NCBI GenBank assembly: GCA_043228905.1
Contig: JBHGNT010000007.1
Location: forward strand, 6,014,001 to 6,078,000
Direction of reading: 5' to 3'
Length of the DNA stretch: 64,000 bases
Origin: Azolla caroliniana
Taxonomy: Eukaryota > Plantae > Polypodiophyta
Below the pieces are notes generated by a model that was not told the origin of the DNA, ran no database searches, and saw only the letters and a program-made list of their open reading frames with translations. Positions 38,090 through 54,344 of this stretch are shown here, piece after piece; position 1 is the first letter of the stretch, and the number at the start of each line of letters is the position of its first letter. A program made the translations under genes and the position numbers.

Positions 38090-40800
38090 CTTCCCTCGAT
38101 TATACAAGATACGCAATTGGGTTTCCCTCAAGACAGAAGCATGTTTGACAACATCTTCCTTTCCTAGGAGATGGTTACATTGGCTCAACAACACAAACAA
38201 TTCCTTGATATACTATTATTAGACTTTGAGAAAACATATGATAAAGTAGTCTGGGACTTTCTGGATGTAGTTCTCCTAAGATTAGGGTTTCCAAGTGTAT
38301 GGATAAAAGGTGTCTCTGCATTATACAGACATGCTTCCAGCTTGGTTTTGTTTTCTAGAGGCTATGGTACATTATTTCCAATTTCCAGATCTGTCAGACA
38401 AGGTTGTCCGTTAGCACCTTTTCTTTTCATTCTATTTGGGGAAGCCCTGCCATCTTTTCTCAGATCCTTGAAAACGACTATACAAGCAATAGCCTTACCT
38501 ATTGCACACTCAACAATTCTTGATGCTAAGTTTGCAGATGACATTGCCCTTTATATTCATGGAGATGTTACTAATCTTAATCGGGTACAGAATGCTTTGC
38601 AGATATTTTTAGATGCTACAGGAGCCTCTCTCAATTGGAATAAGTTTGTAGGCCTCTGGGTCAGTTATGAAACACGTCCAACATGGTATCCAAGCCCTAC
38701 ATTTCGCTAGCTTAATCGTGAGGAGCTCATTCATTACTTAGGTTGCATTGTTGATATAGATTTACCATTTGAAGTGATCTTATCACCATTTTTGTTATCA
38801 ATCAAGCATAAGCTATTATATTGGGACTCTCAACACCTATCCTTTGCAAGTCGGGTTGTGATTGCAAATTCGGTGTTGCTAGCCTCAATGTGGTTTATCA
38901 CATCCATTTGTTTGTTTTCTAGATCAGAAATCATGAAAGTTCAAGCTTCATACGGTAACTTCCTTTGGGGTGGAAAGAATGAGTCTCGTGTAGTGGCCAA
39001 GGTTGCATAGGATGTCTTGATTATGCCTAAAAGCTAGGGAGGGTTGGCATTAATAGATCCCTTGATGCAATCTCAAGCTCTCCTAACAATGTTTGTAGTC
39101 AGAAGACTGTTGCCAAGGACAGAGGCCTACAAGGGTATGTTGCTTAATCAACTGATGCAATTATCTCCCAAGACAAGAGGAAATTGGTTGCCTTCTTTGA
39201 AATGGATGCTCTTGACAGATGTATAGGCATCGAGACGGAATCTGACATTCAAAATATTTCTACTGGGAATCATCAGAGCATGGGATGTAATCAAGCCTTT
39301 CTTACACAAACAGATGCCTGAAACATGGGATGGTTGGATTAATCAACCTCTTCTGGCAAATTCTCTTGTCTAGGATTCTGTTGGAAACGCCTTGGACCTT
39401 AGAACTCGTCTTGCTTGTCTTGCTTGGGGAAAACTTGATAATGGGCCAACAGCATCAATGAGATCCTAGATTTATTTTTGGCAAATTTCTAAAGTGGATC
39501 AGCTTCATCAGTTACACTCGGTACATGGTGCGAAGACAAAGACATCAGATATTTCAACGGCTTTCTCGTACACTCGGTACATGGTGCAATTTTAGCCAAT
39601 GTAGGAGCATATTTGGTTTGGTTGACTTATGAATGGCATGATGCTTTTTGTTAAAGGAATTTCTGCAAACGTATGTATTTTTTATTTTCATATTCAATAG
39701 GACAATAAATTACAACCTTATATACCCGAGCAGACAATTCACTATAGAACCTACTTGTTGTTCCAATTAGGGTGATGGCCAAATCTGGTAAGAAATGGCT
39801 ATTGGATCCACAACCGTTAGTAGCTCATTTGTGGGATATGCTCTGGTTATATGCATGATAACTAGTTGGTAGGCTGATGTGGAACCCAGGGGGATGGTTC
39901 TGGACCAATCCCATGATGGATCCATGTAGAAAGTTCCATTCTTTCAGTACACTATGAAATTTGGCAGAACCTTGCTCATGTCTAAGAATACTCTAAATCC
40001 TTCAGCTCAGAAGCACTGACATAAGTGGGGTGTTGCAAGCATGCATTGGAAGGCTTATTGGAAATGGATTTGGTCTTTCAGGGGACCGACCAAATATATT
40101 CTCTTCAAATGGTTTTTACTACATGCAACACTACCAATAGGTTAGTCACTGAAAGGAGATGTGGCAACCATTCTTAGACCATGTTGTTATTGGGATGACA
40201 TGTAGGAAACTAGCAAGCACGCTTTCTATGTTGAAAACTGAGGCTGTTAATGCGGAATACAAAACAACACTATAGGTCGAAAGACAACAAGTTTATGTAA
40301 ACAAGATCAACAAGAAGAACTTATTATGCAACAAAGACAACTTGAACAAAGATCAAGATCAAGAGACAATTGTGTGTGTGAGAGAGAGGCACAAACTATA
40401 ATTGTATTATTTTCAGAAGTTACAATACAAGAATAACACTCTAACTCATCATTCAAACTAGGTTACAAGTTCAGTTTATATAAGAACTGAACTAGGGCAA
40501 CTGCCCTATAGTATAATTACATAAGTGTCTTAAACCTAGTCTGGTTGTGTGGGACAATGTGAATACGACCATTATATACTCTTATTTGACACTCTTGTCC
40601 AATTCACTAGCCCATCAAGTAGTAAAGTTCTTTCTTTATTCCTAACGATTAATGTAGTCTATCTCTTCTCTTGGGGATTAGCAATATGGGGGTTCTCCAT
40701 TCCGGTCTCTTGTTGTATGAGGCAGATGATGCTCCAGAGGCTATGCCGGTCATCAATAAGCATCTAATTTCCATCTCCCCCTTTCAGCAACCTCACAACC
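38090..40800 (+). mobile_element. 5'-truncated L1-like LINE (RT plus zf-RVT remnant)
   Basis: LLLDFEKTYDKVVWDFL, SVRQGCPLAPFLF, FADD, YLG, LSFASRVVIANSVL, NFLWGG and GGLALID. zf-like ETSKHAF|YSCP around 40207-40603. Many stops. Confidence 0.88.
40229..40591 (-). mobile_element. Solo LTR related to the copia D LTR, inserted in the LINE
   Basis: Reverse complement aligns along the length of 25683-26022 (TATAATGGYCRTATTCACATTG..GATCTTGATCTTTGTT). TG..CA ends. Confidence 0.8.
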
Positions 40801-43800
40801 AAGTGCGTGCAACCCATGTATAGAAACAATATCAACAGTTACATTATGGATCTTATCTATGTATTATTGTAAAAGACGATATGATTCCATAACTTATCTT
40901 CTCTCATATATATTTTCAGACCTATGGGAGAGCTTATTGGTGGTAGTGTGTGGGCAACATAACACTATGCATGGCTCTTCGGAGGTTGTTCTTAAGAAAA
41001 GGAAAAAATTATTGCAGCTATGGAGGAAGCCGCCTCTATTCACAATCTCATCTCAAGGAACAATCTAGAATTACCATCACCCTTGGTCCTTGTTCTAACC
41101 ATCTCCACACTTTCTGATTGTATATATTTTGTAGCCTTTTAGCGCTTTTCTTAATACTAATGAAAGAAATCTTTTGGGGGGGAGGGAGGGGGGAGGAGAA
41201 TAGGACATTATTAGATGCAAGTCGATGCACACTTCAAGTGGTGGGACTACACAACCAATTTTGGCAAGAGGCAATCTATACGATGTATTGTTTACAAAAT
41301 TGATCTCCTTATAAGGTACTTGGGTTGAATACACCATTTTTCTTATGGTTTGGAAGAAAACAAAACGTTGAACACTTAAATATATTTGGGGAAATAGTTT
41401 ATAGTCACATTTACCATAAGTGAAGAAAAAAACTATATATACACAGCATAAAATGTATATTAGATATACATTATTTAACCCACAAAATAAGAAATTTATA
41501 TATAGCCCATCCATCATTGTTTATGAACAAACTCTATCCCCAAAATATCCCACAAACTTACAAAATATTCCCATTATGCAATATTTTGATGACCACCAAC
41601 ATGCCAAGGAGCATGTCAACAAAATGAATGAAGCACTATAATAGGAAGCGAGCAAGAATAAAAAGCGAGCTAAGATGTACATAAATTACCATTATCAAGA
41701 ATGATCAAATGTGAGTGAAATAGAAATACCAAGAACACATCCACAAGCATAGCATGTGGTGATATTGGAGAAGTGGATGGTGATGTTGAGAAGTTGGTGG
41801 TGGCATAATAGTAGAAGGCAACGAGAGGTGCCATAACATAACAACAATGGTGGAGGTGGCATCGTCGAGCTGGGAGAAAATGAAAGAAATGGTCCTCTCA
41901 CTCCAAGCATAAACAACTAGCCTTATAGCTTCTCTTTTCCCACCAATTCTTAGCAAACTCCAACCGAAAAGTCTATTTTTCCCCCACTTTTCAAAATTCC
42001 AAAATTTCAAATTCTACCCTTTCACATTCCACTTTTTCAAATTCCCCAAACTCAACCTTAGGATTTTCACACCATTCAAATCAAGCTTTAGGCTACTCTT
42101 CAAAAGACACCTCGTAAGGTGACACAACTCTAACTGAAAACATTGAAAGCCTCGTAACTATGAAGAAAAAGAAATATAGATCCCTAAATGGCATTTACAA
42201 GATAACCAATCCTATGGAAGCACTAATGGTGGATTTAGATGATGATATCGAGCATACTCAAGAGTCAAAATTATGAAACACAAGCCCCTTTTGACAAAAT
42301 CTACCCATCGATCAAAGAAGCATAAGGAAGCCTTGAACAATGTCAACGGCAAACGACCATGCAAGTGGAAATCAACAAACTAGAAAAGAATGGGACATGG
42401 AGTTTAGTGCTCCTGCCCAATGGTAATAATAATATTTCTTGCAAATGGGTACTCACAAAGGAATTTGATGCAAATGGCAAGCTAGATAGATTGAAGGCAC
42501 ATTTAGTTGCAAGAGGATTTAGCCCAATCCATGGAATAGATTATAAAGATATTTTTGCACCAACTTTGAAGATGGTTCTAATGTGCTAAATGTTTAGCAT
42601 CACCGTGCGGTGTGGATCTCAATCTCGAGCTTCATCATATTGACATCAAGACTGCCTTCATGCCTAGAGACCTTGACGAAGAAATATACATGGAACAACC
42701 TCTATACTTTGTAAGCTCAACAATCCCTCGTTATGAATGTGAATTACATCGTTGTTTGGATTAAAACAATCACCCTAAATATGGTAGCATAAACTTAACA
42801 CCTATCTTGAATCTATTGGATTTAGATGCCTTCAAACCGAGCCAACTTTAAATACATTCAGAAGGAACACACCAATTTTCTTGTCATTGGTATATTTGTA
42901 GAGGATTTTCCCATTGCCTCAAACACCTCAATCCATGAACAAGTTAACACTCAACCAAAAGAGAAGTTCCTTGTGAAGGATCTTGGACCAATGGAACATT
43001 TTCTAGGCATCAAAGTCACACAAAACAGAAGAAATCCTCCACAAATTTGAGATGATAGATTGCAAAACCTATCTCCACACCAATGATTGTACCTTGCAAA
43101 TTATCCACAAATGTTAGTCCTAGATCAATTGAAGAGGAACAAGTGAAGGTTTCACTTCCTTATGAACAAATACTTGGTAAGTTCCTTATCCACATTGTAC
43201 CTCGTAAGTTGAACTCGACCCGACTTATCATACAATGTTGGTTTCCTATCGAGATTCATGCAAAATCTAGGTCCGCTCATCGTCAAGCCTTGAAATGTAT
43301 CTTTTGGTATCTAAAACATACCAAGGACATCTCTCTCACTTACCAAGGTTTCCAATCATCAAATATGTCCCAACTCGATGGATGGATGCATGGTCCACTT
43401 TTGGGTTGGACAGATTTAGATTTGGGCAAGGGGGGTTGGGATATTGATACCTCTTGATCTACATCTAGGATAGTTTTCACTTTTGTAGGTGTAGCAATTC
43501 CTTGGTGAACTAAAAGACAATCGTTTGTTGCACTTTCAAGTACTAAAGTAGAGTGGGGGGGGTTAGAATATTAAATATTAGAATTACTAGACATTAAGCT
43601 ATTAGAATTGTTCATTGATATAAGAAATTGCATTTAATTGGTCAATGTATGTCGTTGTTTTGCTCCTCTATCATATTATTGCTTCATGCAAAGGCATAAA
43701 ATCCAACCAAATCTTTTTAATGGTGAAATATACATACTTTTTAGTTCATTGAGATAATATCATGTTGATATATGTTCTACAAGCTTATTAGTGCAATTAC

Positions 43801-46800
43801 TAATTTACTTTTCACTTTGCCGGGATATTATGTTTGAGCAATCACAAGAATCACTTGTGTGCCGAGTAAATAGTGATGTTTTTGTTGTTTCTTTAAATCA
43901 ATCATATTTTATTGTTACTTGATTAGTAATGCTTTAGTAACTACTTTTTCACAAGGTGATAGATCAAGACAAAACACCTAGAGACATGTTTTATATCAAA
44001 TACATCATACTTTATATAAGAATATTTTAATCCGTTTATCTTGATAATATTTATGAACAAAATGTTCAGGAAAAGTTTTAGTTTATTGTATTTGAATTCA
44101 AGATTAAACTATTGAGATATTGGTAAATAATGTGTACAATGTTAATAATAGTAGTTGATTTCATATTCTCTTTGTTTGGTGAATCTTCTTCAAGACAATT
44201 GGGTGTCACTTATGAAACCAAGCAAAGTCATCTATGAGAACTACTTAATTTAAAGGCGAAATTCATATACAATTTGCTCCAGGAATCTAACGTACACATG
44301 CTCATGTACAAATTGCAAGGTATATATATCAAAGGTACTATGATAAATTATATATTAAAGCCTAATGTGTGTATGCACTTAACATCATGCATACATGCAT
44401 ACTCAATTATGGGTCGTTATAAGGGAATATTAACATCGATCCTTAAATATAAGCATGTTTATGGCTAGATCGACAAGATAGCACGAATGAGGATGTTCAA
44501 TTAATTCCTTTAAGTGAGTAATTATGTTAAAAAACTCACACGACTACAATTGACTGCAATGAGTTTTAGCGTGAACAATAAGATTATATTACAAAATAAA
44601 ATAATGCATGTTGAGGTTAGCACCATGCCCACATGCTTTTTAACTAGGAAAACATTTGAGTTTACCTACACATCATGGCTAGTTGGGCTTCAAATCCTAC
44701 TCTCGATAAAAACTTCTTGTTACATCAAAGGTTTGTAATAAAAAATATCATTTTCAACATTAAAAATCTCTAGCCAAATCTCTTTGTGGGTTCTTTCCAT
44801 ATATAGGTACATGATTTTGTTGGTAACCGTCAACATGGCTGATGTGAGAACATGAAGGTTGTGATAAAGTGGAGTGTTGATGGTATGGAGGTTTCATAGA
44901 AGTATATTCTCAATGGTCGTGGAGATGAAGAAGATGGTCGGTTTCGACATGGGATAGGGTAGTTGTGGGCTATCCAAGGTGGCCCACCGTGTTTTATTCC
45001 AAGGTGGAGAATAGGTTAAAGGAAAGCAAAGGAAAATTGTTTTGATTGGGGAATCGGAGAACATGCTCACATTCGAATGGAGGAACAATTTCTACGTTCA
45101 TTACATGTAAGATGTCTCATGGTATTCCTTTTTGGTCTTTCATTTCCTTTAGTTGTGGTTTTCAGAGGTCATCATGGCTACAACCACTATATGCAATGTT
45201 TTTAGTCTAGTCATTTCGTCATGTATGCAGAATTCTACTAATGAAGAATATTTTTTTTTGGAAAAAAAAAGTGAAGTTATAAAACTAATGCAAATGTATG
45301 GCCTAATCCCCTATAGTTATAAAGGAGTAGATGTGACTAGAGTGATTTAATAGATCATGATGAATCCTGAAACGATTGATTGGATCATGCATACTATTGA
45401 GATGACTACCTAGTCGTCATATCGAGATGACTACCAAGTTGATGACTACCGATGCAAGGATTGGGAAAGGGGACCAATGCCCCCTTTGCAATGATCGTTG
45501 CGAGTTTGAGCGTACTCATGGGCCTCTGTAATGCAATGGTTTGTTCCCAAGATCGGAGCCACACTATGCTCGAGCAACAATGTTCCAACTTCCAAGTAAT
45601 CTATCATTGCAACCACAAACTATCAAAGGGAGTCACCTTGAGTGACTACTCGTGTGCCACCAATCGAGACCAAAGTTGTGGTTGTCCACAACTCATATGC
45701 AACTTTCACCATCACGAGAATCACACCAATCCGTTAATTTTTCCTAATTGTCCTCCAAAATACAAAGGAAAGATGCAATTTCCAACTTTATCACCATGTG
45801 CATTGCATTAGTTTTTGTTGTTAAGGCAAAACCTAAATGAAAATACTATCTTAGTTGTTGACGCAATCATTTTGTTGTTATGATCGTCTCTCTGATAAAT
45901 CAAGAGTTAGCCTATTGTTTTTATTATGGCTTAGCTAGATATTTGTTCTACGTTTACTATTATCTATATTAAGCCATGTTAAACTTTCAACTCTAATTGA
46001 GATATGATTCTTCTAGGTGTTGCTCATTCCAATGACTTGTGTTTCCAATTTGACTTGTTGTCACGTTAGTGTAAAGATTGACTAAGCATATGGGATTGGT
46101 AAGGAGGCAAATATATGTGGTGTTTTATTTACTATGTTATTGCTACAACCTACAAATAAAGCACTTTCCAAATAAATGTACATGTGCAATATTTTTTCAA
46201 CTTGACATCCAACGAGCATATACATTTCTCATAACATGACTTCAATATAAAGAAAACCTAACAATCCAGGAGCAATTCTATAAGAGTATGAAGTATACAT
46301 TAGTGAAGATGAGTTCGATCATGTGTGTGTGTGTGTGTGTGAAGATAGAGAGATAAGCAATACATGAAGTCAATATCATTGCATTAGCAAAATGAGGGTT
46401 CGTCATGTAATGATAACAAACCAATATCACTAATAATCAAGGCCTAGTTAATTGTTATCAAAACGAAGTACAGGAAAGTACATGATTCATAGAAGTGTGA
46501 CCCAATCTATCACGATGGGAGAGTGAGTGGAGATATCATAATAATCTACTTCATTGAATAAGGGTAGACTTTAGATCACGCATGTCCCAAGGGGTGTGTG
46601 GTTAAGGTTGATAGGGACGCCCCAAAGGAAGTATATTAGTGTTGTGGAGATTTGGAAGTACATATAATATATTTGTCTATGCATGTGTATAGTATATACA
46701 TTTGCACTTTTTCATATGTAGTATTCCATAAAAGCCTACTAAAAAAGGTTCCTAATTGTGGGAAAAGAGACCTTAGAGGTAAGAATCAAAAGTTACGAAC

Positions 46801-48252
46801 ACTATATATGCCTCGAGCACAATATTGCCAAGGAGGCAATATCAACTTATAAAATTTATATGGAGATAACGTTTACAAAATATGATTTATGTGGAGATAA
46901 TATAGAAGAATTCAGAATTTTATTTGTAAGATGAAGTGAGCACTCCCAAATGTCTTGGATACTAGCAATTCCCAAATTTCTCTTAAAGTTTAGTGCCATA
47001 TGGGAATCATCATATAGCTAAGTGACATCTTCATATTTGCCCTAAATAAAACATATGGGCCATGAAAACGATGAAGTTGATGTACCATATTATTATTCCA
47101 TGTATTACAACAAAACTTTAAGATATTAGGTGAACATTAAACATAATCTTAGGTAAGATATCAAATCCATCAAATCTGTTAGACGAAAAAATATCAATTG
47201 CATTATTTTATTGAGACAATATCTTGTCCATATTCACTCTACAAGCCTAACAATTTAGCTACTTTGGATTTTGACAACTTGATATTACGTTTGAGCAAAC
47301 ACAAGAAACATTTGTGTGCCAATCGTATTGTGATGCTTTTGGAGATTATTTTAATACGATCAGGTTTTGTTGCTTTTTTTTAAATAGCGATGTTTTCGTA
47401 GCTATTCCTCTTTTAAAGTCTGTTGCTTGGACTTCATGTGACTTACATGTTGTATCGTAACAAGTATAAAGGTGTGCTTGATTATGCTTCAATGTGGGAA
47501 GTTGCAATGGAATATTAATACTGATAATAAAATATAAACATACTTAGGGCTAGATAGACATGGTGGTGCGACACATGGACCATTTTCGTTTTTCAATATG
47601 AACCACAATATTAGATTAGAAAATGGATGATACATATCGATGCCGGTGTAGGAGGGTTTTAAAGAACCATGCATATATTATACAATTTTTACGATGAAAG
47701 CATATGAGTGGACTAAAATTGATGACTAGTTCCGTTTTAGAACTCAATCATAATAGACATTTCGTATTCCATCAAATGTTATACCTATTTTTTTGTACAA
47801 CATCAAACATCTTGGCCAAATCTCCTCAATCTCTATGAGCCATGAGCTTCTCCAGTTTTCTTCGTGTTATGTTTTAAAATGTCTCGTAGCTCATTGACTT
47901 ATAGAACACTGTCACATTATAGTAAACATTACAATGTCATATCTTCATTCACATCATCAAAAACGCAAAAATTCCTAGTGAGTCATGCATGTAACTCACA
48001 TCTAAGCATATGTGAAGTATGAGGAGGGACGGAACAGGCTTTATATTTCAACATCATACATCACATCACCTTCTCATTAGCGGCTCTTGCTAAACGTGAA
48101 GTGAGTTGGGTCCTAGGAGGTGTGGTGGTCTTCGATAATGATGACCAACGTGTGGCTACATTGGGAAATTCCCAAATGTGAAGAGGTACGAGTGTGACGA
48201 CCAAATGTCAAATGGCTGCCACGCATGCCACTAATTTACAAAACCTCTGGGT

Positions 48253-48810
48253 TCAACAACATACGTATACACATACACACATATACACATACACACATAC
48301 ATTACATACATTACATACATACATAAATACATAACATACATACATACATACATACATACATACATACATACATACATACATACATACATACATACATACA
48401 TACATACATACATACATACATACATACATAACATACATAACATACATACATACATACATAACATACATACATACATAACATACATACATAACATACATAC
48501 ATAACATACATACATACATACATACATACATACATACATACATACATACATACATACATACATACATACATACATACATACATACATACATACATACATA
48601 CATAACATACATACATACATACATACATACATACATACATACATACATACATACATACATACATAACATACATACATACATACATACATACATACATACA
48701 TACATACATAACATACATACATACATACATACATACATACATACATACATACATACATACATACATACATACATACATACATACATACATACATACATAC
48801 ATACATACAT
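48253..48810. repeat. (CATA)n tetranucleotide array, ~560 bp
   Basis: Near-pure ACAT repeats with occasional CATAA interruptions. Confidence 0.98.
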
Positions 48811-48870
48811 GATGTGAGAGGATTAAGTAAAGGTCTGCCCCACGTGAATTCCTACAAAGACATTCGATGT

Positions 48871-51194
48871 ATGGTAAACAGCTGCTGGAGAAGCTATGGC
48901 GCTGCTGCAAATGCAATACAATCCCTGCTGTACCTCCCCCTCCTGCTCCCCCTGCTACATCGATGCTTCTGGCATTTCTCATCGGGCACTTCGACCTCCC
49001 ATAGAAGCTCAGGGCCGACGCTATGGTATGTCACACAAGGTATGTCTCAATTTAATACGAAGAAATGTTAATTTAAGGAATGTTTTACTACGTCTTTAAC
49101 CCATGGTCGTGATCTGGTCACGAATTCCTGCAGCCGAACGTAAGCTCACAGGGTACATACAATATAGTATATGCTAAATCAGACAATCTGGGCTTAAACA
49201 ATGTGGTTCCTAGGTAAAAATGAAACCTGGGCCCCTAACTGTATTCATGTGAATTAGTATTGCTTCTTCTCATGAGGATATTAGAGTTTTAATCGTTTCT
49301 TATGTTTGGTTAAAATGTGTGTTTTAACAGCGATTTTATGGTAGATGGAGTGACTAGGGATGGTCTACATGGGACCATTCGACTTGTTGACACCATCTTG
49401 GAAAAGAATGGAAGTGTACCCCTAGTTCCGGTAATCCTCTTCTCTCATCTTCTAAGACAGTGCACCGAAGAAAGGAATTTATTGACTGGAAAACACGTGC
49501 ACAGCCTGATTGTTGGGATTGGACTTGAAACAAGTTTGTACCTAGGAAGTTCCCTTGTCCACATGTTTGCTTTATGCGGTGGCTTGCAAGAGTCGATTCA
49601 AGGGTTCTCCAAACTATATAGGAAAAATGTATACTCGTGGACTGCCCTTATAGAAGCTCATGTGGAACTTGGGGACTACAAGAAGGCCATTGAGATGTTC
49701 CATGAGATGCAGAGAATCGAGATGGAGTTGGATGGCTATGTCTTTGTGGCTGTCTTGAAAGCTTGCTCAATGATTGCGTCATTAGATTTGGGAGTGGAGA
49801 TCCATGTATGTGTTATAGAGAATGGGTTAGACGTTGACCTGTTTGTGTGTAGTGCCCTTATCAATATGTATGCCAAATGTGGCCACCTTCATGAGGCTTA
49901 TGTCGCGTTTGATAGATTATCTAGGCGGAATGTAATCACGTGGAGTGCTCTGATTTTGGGATATGTGGAATATGGAGATTGTCAAGATGCTCTTCTGCTC
50001 TTTCAAAAGATGGAAATGGAAGGTGTTGAGCCGAATGAGGTTACCTATCTTTGCCTTTTGAAAGCATGTTCAAGCATTGCTGCCTTGGAGTATGGGAAAC
50101 ACATCCATTCTCACATCATCACCAGGGGTTTTCAATTGGATGTATTCCTTGGAAACACCCTTATTGACATGTATGGTAAATGTGGGAGCCTTGGCGATGC
50201 ACTCATTGTGTTTAATAGAATGCCCAAGCGAGATGTGGTTTCATGGAGTGTGTTGATTGCAGGATATGCTAAGCATAGTAATTACGAAGATGCGCTTTTG
50301 CTTTTCCAAAACATGCAAGAAATGATGATAATGCCCAATGGCATAACATATCTCTCACTTATTTCTGCTTGTAGTCACGCAGGTCTTATGGAGAAAGGAT
50401 GCCAACACTTCAAGGATATGATAATGCTTAATGGTATTTTGCCAACACTAGAGCATTATAATGCGGTCGTAGATCTTCTTGCTCGATCGGGCCACTTGAA
50501 GGAGGCAGAGGACCTCCTCGAAACTCTTCCCTTCTCTGCAGATTATGTGGGATGGGTTTCTTTGCTGGACTCTTGCAGGTTGGATATTAGAGCTGTTTGT
50601 CAAGGCAAGCGATGTTTCGATAGAGTTGTCACTTTAAAAAGCCAATGTACTGTTGGATATGTGCTTATGTCAAATGTTTATGCTAATGCTGGCCTTTGGA
50701 ATGATGTGAAAGAGTTAGAAGAGCTCAGACAGTGTGCTAATTTGTGGAAGAAACCAGCAAAAGCCTTCATAGAGATTGACAATTGTGTACATGATTTTAT
50801 TGTAGGTGATACAAATCATCCACAGTCAGATGAAATTTATGCAAAGATAAGGACTTTGAACTCCCATCTGAGGAAGGAAGGATGTAATGTTCCAGAGATG
50901 GACTTCGAAAATAATACGGAATCTCATCATGTGCCATTAACTGATGATGATAAGGAAAAACACTTATGTGGGCATTCTGAGAAGCTGGCAATAGCTTTTG
51001 GCCTTATTAGCACCGCTCAAGGGACGACTATTCGAGTAGCAAAGAATCTTAGAGTGTGTACAGATTGTCACAATGCTGTGAAAATGATATCGAAGATAGA
51101 GCTGCGAGAGATAGTCATTGTAGATGCATACCGCATTCATCATTTCAAAGATGGAGTGTGCTGCTGTAGAGATGAATATTATGCATGTCTTTGA
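48871..51194 (+). CDS. PLS-class pentatricopeptide repeat protein with E and DYW:KP-type deaminase domain (organellar RNA-editing factor)
   Basis: Main exon 49331-51194 has PLS repeats (NVYSWTALI, LINMYAKCG, DVVSWSVLI), an E domain, KKPAKAFIEID, HSEKLA, NLRVCTDCH and HHFKDGVCCCRD. Probable exon 1 at 48871-49025 (phase-2 GT..AG intron 49026-49330) encodes a transit-peptide-like leader. Confidence 0.93.
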
Positions 51195-52841
51195 AAGATC
51201 AGCCATTGAATTTGAACCATATTAATGAAGTAACAACCATACATTTGTTGTGTGCAATTCACAATTATACAGCCAGCACTTAAGTCAGGCACTGCATGTA
51301 TGAAGAAGGTCGATTAGAGACTCGGACATTCAATAATCAGCACTCCATTTTATGTAGTGTTAACCTTACACGACCTTATGAAATTAGGATCTGATGATCA
51401 TAATCGAGTCATGCAGGATTTGATGAAAGACAGATTCAAATAAAATCACCGAGTTCATATTGCTGCAATGTTTGACTACTTGACGACAATTTATCAGGAG
51501 TAAACCAGAACATCGATGTCTCGCTTGATGTGCTTTGATACAGGACATCCACATCCTCAGGTTTGTGGCAATATGATTGTAAAACAAGGTGATTCTTAAT
51601 TATCCATTGATACATCATTTGGGAAGCTCCAGGATGCCAATCACATTGAGGATTTGCGATATCAAAATGGTTGTATTGAATACGACATTTTTGTTACAAT
51701 AGTTTGGGCCTCGTGGAAACAAACATTGCCTAGCTAGTAGCCACAAATTGAATATTTCTCGGGAGAACAACTCTTGAATATTGAAGGAGTATAATCCTGA
51801 ATTTCATTATAGAAATTCACATGTTGGACTTGGTTGCTTTTAATATAAAAACGGCATGCTTGTCAACCTGGAAATTTATATATATCTATATTAATTGGCA
51901 TTGAGGACTTGGATTGGGTCATGTGACATGATCTTTTACATTTTGTTAGTATTAGGAACCAATTTCTTTTGAATGGTCAAAAGATGATCGTTTTGACATT
52001 AGAAACTCTTAAGTTGCCATAAGTTGTTGGATTATCATCGATGATGTAAAAATGACGAGACACTAAAAGTCCCGACGAAAGCCATATGTGAGGAATCATT
52101 TTTCAATGGTTTGAAATGAGGAAATGAGGCATTATAAAGTTATGTATGGAAATTGAAGTCAATGAAACCAAGCATGAAATTCTACGTGAAATTGATGGTG
52201 CCAAGATAAAGAGCTTGCTTGACTCAACGTAGTTCTATTAAATGATCAGTTAGAACCTTGTCACTAATTTAAATTCAATGAGATGCTAGAAATCTGTGAC
52301 TGAAGCCATGCATATGCATGAAAAATTAAAGTTGTGGAAACTGAATATAAACTTCTGAAGTAAAATCGGCGAGTATCTACGCAAAGATCAGCACGTCTAC
52401 TTGTAATTAACTCGAAGTCTGGGAAACCTAATAAATAAACTTTTGAGGAAAATGGACTGCGTCGAGATAAAGAGCTCGATCGATCTGACCCAACACACTC
52501 GCATAACGTGAACTCAATTAGAACCTTGACAGACTCACACTCAGATGTGGTGGACATTTGAAAACTTTGTTTTAGTTGATAGACAATCACATCATAAGAA
52601 ATCCAAAAAAGAAGGATATGTTTTGCATATTATTAGTGAGATCCAAAGAAAAAAAAGCAGCAGTCTTTTGCATGATAACGGTATTTTACGTGTAAAGTGA
52701 GCTCATGGAGCCCAAAGGAATGGCCATTTGGACGCTGACTTCCTCCATTATTGATTCATACAACAAATACCAATAACATATACTTGGTCTGTCATCACCA
52801 TCATCTATCTGTCCCTCCCCCCTCCCAAAGGAGCTTCACAC

Positions 52842-54344
<1,503 letters not shown>

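Larger units (their letters stand above)
31340..43550 (+). mobile_element. Ancient Ty1/copia host element, interrupted by copia E and a LINE
   Basis: Protease remnant YFDTKATHHLSHCREWL at ~31355. Reading continues across copia E (VHFRDYG|TKLTLGKGTI). Integrase LCGPFQ..FIDDLTRF at 37780-38080. RT and RNase H remnants at 42359-43550 (KNGTWSLV, KAHLVARGF, VKDLGP). Confidence 0.75.

Noticed and set aside
44800-45800. Possible ancient gypsy integrase remnant on the minus strand
   Set aside because: Only faint motif echoes (HNLHV) are visible, too degraded to support by eye.
48231-48982. Long MYVCMYVC ORFs on the minus strand
   Set aside because: They are translations of the (CATA)n microsatellite, not genes.
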